A stretch of 64,000 bases of DNA from Thermodesulfovibrionales bacterium (GTDB lineage Bacteria > Nitrospirota > Thermodesulfovibrionia > Thermodesulfovibrionales > SM23-35). The notes under the pieces were generated by a model. The model searched no databases. It saw only the letters and a program-made list of their open reading frames with translations, and was not told the origin of the DNA. The DNA is taken from the NCBI GenBank assembly GCA_963715195.1, contig CAVQRT010000014.1, positions 20,428-84,427 on the forward strand, written 5' to 3'. The translations under genes and the position numbers were made by a program. Numbering within the stretch: position 1 is the first letter of the stretch; the number at the start of each line of letters is the position of its first letter. This document shows positions 38,086 to 47,190 of the stretch, piece after piece.

Positions 38086-38793
38086 ATGATAATCCTTGCG
38101 GTAGAGACTTCCACATTGCTTGGAGGGATCGCGATCCTTCATGACACATCGGGCGTGATTGCTGAAGGAAAACTCAATATACAAGCAACCCACTCCGAGA
38201 GGCTCATGACAGAGATAGCCCATTTCATGGAAAAGACTTCATATCAGCTGAAAGATATTGATGCCTTTGCGGTGTCCATTGGCCCGGGGTCCTTTACCGG
38301 ACTGAGAATTGGTTTGAGTACGGTGAAGGGTTTTTCATATGCAACAGGCAAACCGGTGGTTGCGGTGCCGTCGCTCGAAGCACTGGCGTGGAATTTTCCT
38401 TTCAGCCGGCATCCCGTCTGTACGATTTTCGATGCGAGGAAAAAAGAGGTCTATGCCGCGGTATTTCTGTGGGAAGGGGAGGGTTTCAAAAGAGTGGTGA
38501 ATGAAACGGCGGCAAAAGTGGAAAGATTGATGGAATACCTGGAGCAGGAGGAAGCATTGCTTGGAGAAAAGATACTTTTTACCGGCGAGGGAGCTCTTCT
38601 CTATCGGGAAGCGATAATCAGCAGACTGAGTGAAAAAGCGCTCTTCCCTCCGGTAGATAAGATGATCCCTTCGCCGGCCAATGTGGCATGCGTCGGCCTG
38701 CAGAAAGCATTGAGGGGAGAGTTTGCGGAGCCTGTCAGTCTCGTACCTTTCTACTTGCGAAAGTCTGAAGCAGAAATAAAAAAGCATGCCTGA
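38086..38793 (+). CDS. tsaB: tRNA threonylcarbamoyladenosine biosynthesis protein TsaB
   Basis: ILAVETSTLLGGIAIL start, ..GPGSFTGLRIG.., followed by rimI as in many genomes. Confidence 0.85.
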   Translation: MIILAVETSTLLGGIAILHDTSGVIAEGKLNIQATHSERLMTEIAHFMEKTSYQLKDIDAFAVSIGPGSFTGLRIGLSTVKGFSYATGKPVVAVPSLEALAWNFPFSRHPVCTIFDARKKEVYAAVFLWEGEGFKRVVNETAAKVERLMEYLEQEEALLGEKILFTGEGALLYREAIISRLSEKALFPPVDKMIPSPANVACVGLQKALRGEFAEPVSLVPFYLRKSEAEIKKHA

Positions 38794-39229
38794 ACTCATC
38801 ATTCGTGACATGCAGGAGGGTGATATCCCTGCTATTATGGAAATAGAGCGTTCTTCTTTCACCACACCATGGTCGGATATCTCTTTTCTCAGCGAAATAT
38901 ATAAGAAAAACGGCATCTCGAGAATTGCCCTCTATGAGGAAAAACTCATCGGCTACATTTGTGTGAATTATGTGTTGCATGAGGCACATCTATTAAATCT
39001 TGCAGTGCATGAGGACTTCAGGAGACGTGGTGTCGGAACGATCTTGCTGAATGAAATCCTGAAAGAGCTGAAGAAGAAGGGATGTGTTTTTATGTATCTT
39101 GAGGTCAGGGTATCCAATGCCGGTGCACAGGGTTTTTACGAACAGTTCGAATTTTCGGCTGCAAGCAGAAGGAAGAAATATTATGCGAATCCGGACGAGG
39201 ACGCTCTCCTCATGATGGGAAGGATTTGA
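38786..39229 (+). CDS. rimI: ribosomal-protein-alanine N-acetyltransferase
   Basis: GNAT fold (..LAVHEDFRRRGVGTILL..). It overlaps tsaB by 8 nt. Confidence 0.8.
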   Translation: MPELIIRDMQEGDIPAIMEIERSSFTTPWSDISFLSEIYKKNGISRIALYEEKLIGYICVNYVLHEAHLLNLAVHEDFRRRGVGTILLNEILKELKKKGCVFMYLEVRVSNAGAQGFYEQFEFSAASRRKKYYANPDEDALLMMGRI

Positions 39230-40237
39230 TTATGCCCAGACGCCCTCAAGGGTATATCCGCATTTGAAGCATCTCCCGTCCGCACAGTGCATCTTCATGA
39301 TTTTGAACCCGAATCGCATGATCAGAAGCTGCTTGCAGTTCGGACAATACGTGCTCTCCCCTCCCTCGCCGGGAATATTCCCTTCATAAACATACCGCAG
39401 GCCTGCCTCATATCCGATCTCCCGGGCTCTCCTGAGCGTCTGCACGGGAGTTCTTGGCTTATCAGTCAATTTGTACGTGGGATAAAACTGTGTAACGTGC
39501 CACGGAATTGCTGGGTCAACTGACGTAACAAATTCTGCGATTTCCCGCAGGTCATGCTCTGAATCATTGTAATCCGGGATTATGAGTGTAGTGACCTCAA
39601 CCCAGACGCCGAGTTCCTTCATGAGACGGATCGTTTCTTTCACCGGATTCACCCGTGCTCCACACAGCTTTTTGTAGAAATCATCGTTGCCCTTCAGGTC
39701 GATATTGTTGCCGTCGAGATAGGGAGCAATGACCCGGGTTGCTTCGGGAGATGTATACCCGTTGCTGACAAACACGTTTCTGATACCTTTCTCGTGTGCA
39801 AGCTTTGCACATTCATATGCAAATTCGAAGAAAATTGTCGGTTCTGTATAGGTATATGAGATGCTCTCGCAGCCGTTTTTTACTGCTGCCTCAACGATTC
39901 CCCCAGGGGTCATTTCATACCCGGCAATATCCTCGTGCTCCCTTGGGTATTGAGATATGGTGTTATTTTGACAGTGCTCACAGCGGAAATTGCAGCCCAC
40001 GGTTGCGATCGAAAACGAGGTTGACGCAGGCAGGAAATGAAAGAGGGGCTTCTTTTCGATCGGGTCAACATTCATTGAGATCACCTTTCCATAGACAAGG
40101 CTGTACAGGGTGCCACCCCTGTTTTCGCGCACAGCACAGATGCCTCTTTTGCCCTCTATAATGGTGCAGTGGTGAACGCACAGAAAGCACCTGACCTTCT
40201 TCTCGTCAAGTTTTTCGTAAAACATCGCTTCTTTCAT
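39230..40237 (-). CDS. amrS: AmmeMemoRadiSam system radical SAM enzyme
   Basis: N-terminal ..KVRCFLCVHHCTIIEGKRGICAVREN.., DPIEKKPLFHF, radical SAM cluster CNFRCEHCQN, and C-terminal CPNC..CFKCG. Confidence 0.85.
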   Translation of the reverse strand: MKEAMFYEKLDEKKVRCFLCVHHCTIIEGKRGICAVRENRGGTLYSLVYGKVISMNVDPIEKKPLFHFLPASTSFSIATVGCNFRCEHCQNNTISQYPREHEDIAGYEMTPGGIVEAAVKNGCESISYTYTEPTIFFEFAYECAKLAHEKGIRNVFVSNGYTSPEATRVIAPYLDGNNIDLKGNDDFYKKLCGARVNPVKETIRLMKELGVWVEVTTLIIPDYNDSEHDLREIAEFVTSVDPAIPWHVTQFYPTYKLTDKPRTPVQTLRRAREIGYEAGLRYVYEGNIPGEGGESTYCPNCKQLLIMRFGFKIMKMHCADGRCFKCGYTLEGVWA

Positions 40238-40503
40238 AAACTCATTATAGCAAGTAACGGTTTTTTAAAGCATGTGCCCCGGGACTTTTCTCCTGGGAAA
40301 GTTGATGCCCCTTCTTACGTTCGATTGCATCTCATTTTGTACTGCTTAAGATGAAAATCAAGATATGAATATGAAAAATATTGCTTTCCATCCCCTAAGG
40401 GCATTTCTTCTCATAACCCTGAAGCAGATATCTTTGTTGCATATTCCCAGCAGCAATCAGTATCTTAAACTTATCAGACAATTTCCAGAAGGAGGTTAGC
40501 AGC

Positions 40504-41115
40504 GTGAAAGTTTTAGTCCTGTTCTATTCAATGTATGGGCATATTCACCGCATGGCAGAAGCTGTTGCAACGGGGGTACAGGAAGTTGAAGGTGCAATAT
40601 GCGAAATAAGGCGTGTCCCGGAGACACTGCCTGAAGAGGTCCTGATAAAAATGGGTGCGCTCGAAGTTCAGAAAAATCTTGCTCATGTGCCGGTATGCAC
40701 CCTTGATGAACTGGTTTCCGCTGATGCAGTTATCTTTGGCACTCCGACGCGGTTTGGGAACATGTGCGGACAGATGCGGCAGTTTCTCGATTCAACAGGT
40801 CAGCTCTGGGCTGCAGGAGCACTTGTCGGGAAGGTGGGGAGTGTTTTCACCAGTTCGAATACCCAGCACGGCGGCCAGGAATCTACGATTCTCAGCTTTC
40901 ACCTCACACTTCTCCATCATGGGATGATCATTGTGGGCTTGCCTTATACCTTCCAGGGTCAGATGCGCATCGATGAGATTACCGGAGGTTCGCCGTATGG
41001 CGCATCAACGATTGCAGGTCCAAAGGGACAGCGAATGCCGAGCGAGAATGAATTATCTGCGGCACGGTTTCAGGGAAAACATGTGGCAGTAATAGCTGCA
41101 AGGCTTGCGAGATAG
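40504..41115 (+). CDS. wrbA: NAD(P)H:quinone oxidoreductase, WrbA type flavodoxin-like
   Basis: [14 protein letters not shown] start (GTG, with GGAGG 8 nt upstream) and ..[10 protein letters not shown].. . Confidence 0.9.
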   Translation: MKVLVLFYSMYGHIHRMAEAVATGVQEVEGAICEIRRVPETLPEEVLIKMGALEVQKNLAHVPVCTLDELVSADAVIFGTPTRFGNMCGQMRQFLDSTGQLWAAGALVGKVGSVFTSSNTQHGGQESTILSFHLTLLHHGMIIVGLPYTFQGQMRIDEITGGSPYGASTIAGPKGQRMPSENELSAARFQGKHVAVIAARLAR

Positions 41116-41187
41116 GAACGTTGCCCTGCGATATCAGGAGACAATAGGCTGCTCTGTTTATAATATTCTTGTGCCGAAGTTGATCTA

Positions 41188-41562
41188 TTGATGGGAAGAA
41201 TAAAAACATTCAGAGTCTTTCAGCATCCTGCCTTCGGATATCAGGCTGTGAAAGTCGGATTTTCATGGCCCGGACTTTTCTTTTCCGGGATCTGGCTCTT
41301 GTTAAAAAGGCTTTGGGGATATGCCCTGGTATTCTTGTCAATCACGATCGTGCTGTCTTTCATAGAAACAGGGTTTGAAAAGGACCAGAACATTACTGGC
41401 ATCGTGCTGATACTCTGGTTGGAGATTGGCATGTATATCTTCGTCGGAGTCAGGGGAAATGACTGGCATGCTGCCAATCTGCAAAAGCGAGGTTTTGAGC
41501 TTATCGATACGGTGCAGGCAGAGACTCCCAGCGCAGCAATCGGAAAAGTCGCCAAAACGTGA
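41188..41562 (+). CDS. DUF2628-like small membrane protein
   Basis: 124 aa, ..GFSWPGLFFSGIWLLLKRLW.., two or three TM helices. Confidence 0.6.
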   Translation: MMGRIKTFRVFQHPAFGYQAVKVGFSWPGLFFSGIWLLLKRLWGYALVFLSITIVLSFIETGFEKDQNITGIVLILWLEIGMYIFVGVRGNDWHAANLQKRGFELIDTVQAETPSAAIGKVAKT

Positions 41563-41762
41563 GCAGTCTTCCCTGATAATTTGTTCAAGCCTGCTTCCAT
41601 CGCTGCGCCTTCCAAAAAGCCGCAGAATTTAATTCTGATATAGTTGTGCAGATTACCAAATATTACCGATATGAGTGAGTATGAATGGAGGCGGAGTGAA
41701 TATCTAATGTATTTTGGAGGGCGAACAGCTACCCTCGCCCATTTTGAGGATACCCAGGGATA

Positions 41763-42233
41763 TTATTTCTTTTCAAAGAGGTTTCTATATTGCCCGTATC
41801 CTTCTTTTTCGAGGTCCTCTGCAGGGATAAACCGGAGGGCGGCTGAGTTCATGCAGTAACGGAGACCTGTCGGCGCAGGACCGTCGGGAAATACGTGACC
41901 GAGGTGTGAATCACCAAGCTTGCTCCTCACCTCTGTCCTTTTCATGAAAAGGCGCCTGTCTTGCTTTTCCACGATATTACCGGGTTCAAGGGGCCTGGAG
42001 AAGCTTGGCCATCCGGTGCCGGAGTCGTATTTATCGAGAGAGCTGAAAAGGGGTTCCCCTGAGACAATGTCAACATAAATACCCTCTCTCTTGTTATCCC
42101 AATACTCGTTATGGAACGCTCTTTCCGTGCCCTCCTCCTGGGTAACCTCGAACTGCAGCGGCGTAAGCTTCTTCTTGAGCTCCTCCTTTGAAGGCTTTAC
42201 AAATTTCTTATCTGCACTTTCCATAGTGTGCAC
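41763..42233 (-). CDS. msrB: peptide-methionine (R)-S-oxide reductase
   Basis: Motifs [17 protein letters not shown] and RYCMNS, with Cys rather than Sec at the catalytic position. Confidence 0.95.
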   Translation of the reverse strand: MHTMESADKKFVKPSKEELKKKLTPLQFEVTQEEGTERAFHNEYWDNKREGIYVDIVSGEPLFSSLDKYDSGTGWPSFSRPLEPGNIVEKQDRRLFMKRTEVRSKLGDSHLGHVFPDGPAPTGLRYCMNSAALRFIPAEDLEKEGYGQYRNLFEKK

Positions 42234-42462
42234 CTCTCTTTTTTCTCCCCATATCGTTTTGAGAAACTGGTCTCTGCCGGAATTAAACCGGTAAAATTTG
42301 TACCGTATAGGATTTTTTTATAATAATCCTGATTATATTCCTTATTATATCAATTTCTCCTTTCCCGGGTTCTTTTCATGGTCAAGAAAGGGAGGTAATT
42401 GGTACAATAAAACAGGAAAAAAAACTGTTTCTTTTCAGAAAGAATGAAAGGCGAGGTGTTCG

Positions 42463-43059
42463 GTGAGCAGGTACGAAACAAAGACATGTGCGCACTGCGG
42501 AAGAGCCATTAATGCCCGGTATGCAGTCTGTCCTCTGTGCGGCGGGCATATTCGTGACGAGGTCGGGACAATTCCGCCGGTGTGCCCTCATTGCAGAATT
42601 CCTCTTGAAATCCAGATACATGACGGTGATGAATACGATTTCTGCAGACAATGCGGCGGGATCTGGCTTGATAAAGGCGAATTTAAAAAGGCAACAAGGC
42701 CCTCTGACGTATACCGTAAGGAAGAAATCAAAGGCGAGTTTCTCCGTGGATCTTTACGGGAACCAATAGAATATATCCCCTGTGTCAGATGCGGGAAACT
42801 CATGAACCGAAAGAATTTCAGACGTATCTCTGGTGTCATCATCGACGAATGCGGCAGACATGGCGTATGGCTTGATGCAGGAGAGCTCGAAAAAATACGT
42901 CACTTTATCGCGGATGGTGGTCTTGACAGATCTCAAGACAGAGAAATCGAACGGACACGCAATGAACTGAGGGACCTTGCCACGAAAGTGGATCAAACAG
43001 CATTTGTCCAGAAGATTCTCCATTTCTGGAAATTCAAGAGATGGCTTTTTGGTGGCTGA
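42463..43059 (+). CDS. protein with two TFIIB-type zinc-ribbon (zf-TFIIB-like) domains
   Basis: Repeated pattern C..C....D.C..CGG(I/V)WLD.GE(F/L). GTG start. Confidence 0.65.
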   Translation: MSRYETKTCAHCGRAINARYAVCPLCGGHIRDEVGTIPPVCPHCRIPLEIQIHDGDEYDFCRQCGGIWLDKGEFKKATRPSDVYRKEEIKGEFLRGSLREPIEYIPCVRCGKLMNRKNFRRISGVIIDECGRHGVWLDAGELEKIRHFIADGGLDRSQDREIERTRNELRDLATKVDQTAFVQKILHFWKFKRWLFGG

Positions 43060-43113
43060 TTTCGACTCCCGGATAATGAGGCTGTAAGAGTACGACAGGA
43101 AAAATATCCCTTC

Positions 43114-46100
43114 ATGGATCAACAGAACGGATTGCCCTCAGAACAGAAGGTTAAAAAAAGATTTCTGGTTTTTTTAATCGGGACACTCCTTATTCTTCTC
43201 CTCTTATTTTTTGCCGGTGCTCCGGCCATTTCTACAGCGCTGAAAAATGCGCTCATTTCCGAACTGCAGGAACTCTCCGGAGAGAAGATTTCGATTCATG
43301 ACCTTCGTCTTAATCTTTTTCCGCTCTCGATAGAGGCGAAAGAAATTGGGGTATCTGATGAAGGCGGAAAGAGTGTTGTTACCGTCGAGAGAGTTAAGGG
43401 CTATGTCGGGCTATCGGGACTTCTCAATAAAACGATCTCTATCCGCCGGCTCGTTCTGAAAGAGCTGAAGGTCATGGCAGAAAGGCAGAAGATTGAAGAG
43501 ATCGTCAAACATATCGAGGACTATCTTAATAAGGAACAAAAGGATGCATTGAAGGTCAAGATTAAGGCTGTTGAGATTGTTTCGGGAGGAATTCAGATCG
43601 GCGATGATGCCCTGAAGGGTATCGTAGAGATGAAAAGACTTTCAGGCGAGATGATTATCGGAAAAACTCAGCGTATCAAAGCAGATGTAAAAGAACTCAT
43701 CGTCCAACGGGAAGGATGGCCTGAGATTGTATGCGACGTCAATACCGCTGTTGATCTCGGGAGTGAAAGGATTGAAATCAAGCGTCTTCAGATCGGTGCC
43801 TTTGGCTCCGCGTTCAAAGGAGAGGGAACTTATACTCAGGGGAAAGGCACACTCAAGACCAGCCTGTCATTGCTGGTAAATTCCGTAAAGCGGTTTTTTG
43901 GGCTGCAGGAAAAAGGTGATGGACAGATCACTGCAAAAGGCGAGATCCGGATAGAACCGCATGAACGGTCAGTTCCGTCCCTGCGGACCGAAAGGATAAG
44001 CCCTTCTTTACAGCTGCAGAAAGCAAAAGCTGGGTTCCCCGGCCTGAAGGATATCTTTGTCGATCTGAAGCTTGAAGGTGGTTTTTATGTACAGACGCTC
44101 ATGGAACTCCTGCACGTAAAGGAAAGAATAGAGGGACTGGTTGACTTCGACGGGGAAATCACCGGGCCTCTCACGGATATTACCGGCAGAGCACGGGCAA
44201 GGCTGCAGAAGGGGGACCTGTTTGCTGTTGATATAGATTCTTTGCAGTGCACTGTCATATATAAAAACGGCGTTATCGAGTTCAGGGACGGCTCCGGGAA
44301 GCTATATAACGGTACTGCACAAGCTGAAGCGGTACTGCACCTTCCCACTGCTCACGGGTTTACTGTGAATGTGAAATTCCAGGCAATAGACAGCCTCGGT
44401 GCGTTTAAGCTGATACAATGGGACCCCGGGATACCGAACGGAAAGGTTGACGGGGAACTCCTGACCTCCGGCAGTCAATTCAGTCCGGACGGATGGTTTC
44501 TGTACAAAAACCCTGGAGCAGGGCACCGTATCAGAAAGAGTGAGATGCAGGCACCACGTGATGATGTGCTCAGCAGGATTGGAGATATCAGGGGGAATTA
44601 CTCTCTGAGAGGTGCTCGCCTCGCTTTGACAAATCTTCAAATCAATACATCTCTCTCGAATGTTTCGGCGAACGGTACAGTCGATCTGGAGAAAAAATTG
44701 CTTAGTCTTACGTGTAAACTTATGACGGAAACCGTTTCGGATCTCACATCCCCTTATTACAGGGGAGCCGAAGGCCGTGGTGATTTTTCTGGTGAGATCA
44801 GCGGGTCTTTTGATGATCCAAGAATCTCCGGAAAGATATCCATCGCAAATGCCATGGTAGAGGAATACAGGACAGACAGTTTTATTGCTGACTTTTCGTA
44901 TCAAAAAAATATGCTTGAACTCCGGAACGCTGTTTTTAGGGACCGGGGAGAGGAACACAGGGTCAGCGGCAGAATATCATTCCCTCAGGCAAAAGAACTC
45001 TTTGATCTTGCCATTCCGGTATATGACCTGAGCGCAACGCTCAGAGACGCCGATTTTGGAAAGGCAGTCGGAGTTTTCTCAAAGGACTTCGCGGGCACCG
45101 GTGCGCTCAGTGCAGATCTCAAAATAGTGGGAAAGGACGAGGATATTGCCATCAACGGCAAGGCATCGGTTGAGCATGTTTCATTGTATGACGTTTCTTT
45201 TGATGCAGCGACGGCACATATCAACTATGCACATGGAGAGCTTTCTTTAAAACAAGCACGGTTCGTAAGGGGACAGTCTATTCTGACAGCCGATGGGAAG
45301 GTCGGTCCTGACGGTCGGTTCTCTTACCATGCCTCATCGGATAAACTGCTTTTGAAAGACTTTGGGCTTGGCAGGATGCCTGATGATGCTGTGGTTTCCA
45401 TGCGTTCTGAAGGAAGCGGGACATTCGATAATCCTTCAATTAACCTCAGTGCTAAGGTTTCAGGAGGAACATTCAAAGGAAGAAATATGGGGAGCGGAAC
45501 AGTCAATGCCGTGATACAGAACCGGAATATTACTGTGCAGGCTGCACTGTTCAATGAAAAGATGAGGCTTACCGGTCGTGGATATCTTGATGATCATTTG
45601 CCTTGGAATGCCGAGCTCATTATTCAGCCGGCACGGTATGATTTCCTTATCAGCTCTCTGCTCAAGGATGTGCCTGAGGACCTCCAACTCAATCTCGACG
45701 GAAAAGTCGAGATGCACGGCGACAGGAAGAATATTGAAGCATCTGCACAGGTAAATCATCTGGCGCTTTCATTGTTTGAGCAATCTTTTTCTAATGATTC
45801 CGATATCCAATTTTCAGTGATGAACAAAAGAATATCGCTCAGGCCATTTACCATCAGGAGTGGGGAGACATCGTTCGATATTCGCGGCGGTCTGGAAATC
45901 GGGGAGAAATATGATCTTAGGATCGAAGGGAGTTCTGCTCTTTCGCCGCTCAAGGGCTTTTCAAAGAACATCGGGTATCTGAAGGGGGATGCCGATTTTG
46001 TCTTCATGCTGGGGGGTGAGTGGAATAAGCCTGAGATTAAGGGTGGCATGACTATTTCTGACGCATCATTCGGTCTGCGGGGATATGCCTCTTATATCAG

Positions 46101-47190
46101 CTCGATTAATGGCTATATCTCTATCGATGAAGACAAGATCATCGTTGAGAAGCTGAGCGGAAAATTCGGAGGCGGTACTCTCGATTTATCCGGGTTTGCG
46201 TATCTGAGAGGATTCCTGATAAAACGGTTTCACCTTGAAACTCGGCTGGACGATATTACGGCAAAAATTTCGCAAGAATTTTCTGTCAATCTGAACGGGG
46301 AACTTCTTTACAGTGGCACCACGGATGCAATGTCCGTAACAGGTGAGGTCCGGATTAATAAGGCACGTTACAGGGACCCGGTGGAATGGCGAAGCTGGCT
46401 TTTAGCCGCCAAAGGCATAGAAAAACCGAAATCCGAGATGTCTGTGTTCGAAAGAACTGAACTGAATATACAGGTCTCAGGGGGTGAGAATATCAGCGTT
46501 GACAATAATATCGCGCGTGCGCCGATCCGAATACGCGGAGATATGATTGTAAAAGGCACGGCATCCAATCCGATCCTTTTTGGAAGGCTTGAGACGAATG
46601 AGGGGTATATTTACTTCAGAAACAATGAATTCAGGATAATCCATGCAAGTGCAGATTTTTCTGATCCGCACAGGATCAAGCCGATTCTGAATCTTACCGC
46701 CGAAACCTCGATACAGGGTTATACGATCAGGCTTAACCTTGAGGGGGAGATGGACCGGTTCAACCTCTCACTTTCTTCTGCTCCCCCGCTTGAGGAGGTC
46801 GATATTCTCTCTCTCCTGACCGTCGGGCAGCTTGGGAAACAGACGAAAGGGCTTGAAGGCGGTATCGGTGCAGGAGCTGCAACGTCATTCATTACCGGCA
46901 AACAGCAGGATATCATCGAGGAAAGGATCAGAGCTTTGACAGGGATAGATAGATTTCAGGTTGAGCCCTATGTATCAAAATCTACCGGTACGGTGGAGCC
47001 CAGGGTAACGGTATCGGAAAGACTCATCAGTGACAAAGTTTTTGTGACCTACACAACTTCGATCGGTTCAACGGAAGAACAGATACTGAAAGTGGAATAT
47101 CTCCTGAATAGGAATATCTCTCTCATCGGAACCCGGGATGACATCGGCAGCATTGGCGGTGACGTGAAGTTCCGATTCGAATTCAAATGA
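43114..47190 (+). CDS. tamB: translocation and assembly module protein TamB (DUF490)
   Basis: 1358 aa with an N-terminal membrane anchor, a long beta-rich body, and a DUF490-like C-terminus (..VEYLLNRNISLIGTRDD..GGDVKFRFEFK). Confidence 0.8.
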   Translation: MDQQNGLPSEQKVKKRFLVFLIGTLLILLLLFFAGAPAISTALKNALISELQELSGEKISIHDLRLNLFPLSIEAKEIGVSDEGGKSVVTVERVKGYVGLSGLLNKTISIRRLVLKELKVMAERQKIEEIVKHIEDYLNKEQKDALKVKIKAVEIVSGGIQIGDDALKGIVEMKRLSGEMIIGKTQRIKADVKELIVQREGWPEIVCDVNTAVDLGSERIEIKRLQIGAFGSAFKGEGTYTQGKGTLKTSLSLLVNSVKRFFGLQEKGDGQITAKGEIRIEPHERSVPSLRTERISPSLQLQKAKAGFPGLKDIFVDLKLEGGFYVQTLMELLHVKERIEGLVDFDGEITGPLTDITGRARARLQKGDLFAVDIDSLQCTVIYKNGVIEFRDGSGKLYNGTAQAEAVLHLPTAHGFTVNVKFQAIDSLGAFKLIQWDPGIPNGKVDGELLTSGSQFSPDGWFLYKNPGAGHRIRKSEMQAPRDDVLSRIGDIRGNYSLRGARLALTNLQINTSLSNVSANGTVDLEKKLLSLTCKLMTETVSDLTSPYYRGAEGRGDFSGEISGSFDDPRISGKISIANAMVEEYRTDSFIADFSYQKNMLELRNAVFRDRGEEHRVSGRISFPQAKELFDLAIPVYDLSATLRDADFGKAVGVFSKDFAGTGALSADLKIVGKDEDIAINGKASVEHVSLYDVSFDAATAHINYAHGELSLKQARFVRGQSILTADGKVGPDGRFSYHASSDKLLLKDFGLGRMPDDAVVSMRSEGSGTFDNPSINLSAKVSGGTFKGRNMGSGTVNAVIQNRNITVQAALFNEKMRLTGRGYLDDHLPWNAELIIQPARYDFLISSLLKDVPEDLQLNLDGKVEMHGDRKNIEASAQVNHLALSLFEQSFSNDSDIQFSVMNKRISLRPFTIRSGETSFDIRGGLEIGEKYDLRIEGSSALSPLKGFSKNIGYLKGDADFVFMLGGEWNKPEIKGGMTISDASFGLRGYASYISSINGYISIDEDKIIVEKLSGKFGGGTLDLSGFAYLRGFLIKRFHLETRLDDITAKISQEFSVNLNGELLYSGTTDAMSVTGEVRINKARYRDPVEWRSWLLAAKGIEKPKSEMSVFERTELNIQVSGGENISVDNNIARAPIRIRGDMIVKGTASNPILFGRLETNEGYIYFRNNEFRIIHASADFSDPHRIKPILNLTAETSIQGYTIRLNLEGEMDRFNLSLSSAPPLEEVDILSLLTVGQLGKQTKGLEGGIGAGAATSFITGKQQDIIEERIRALTGIDRFQVEPYVSKSTGTVEPRVTVSERLISDKVFVTYTTSIGSTEEQILKVEYLLNRNISLIGTRDDIGSIGGDVKFRFEFK

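Noticed and set aside
41763-42233. Possible selenocysteine (in-frame TGA) recoding in msrB, the glutaredoxin-like gene or the FTR-like gene.
   Set aside because: All three ORFs are uninterrupted with Cys at the redox positions, and reading through their stop codons gives no plausible extension.
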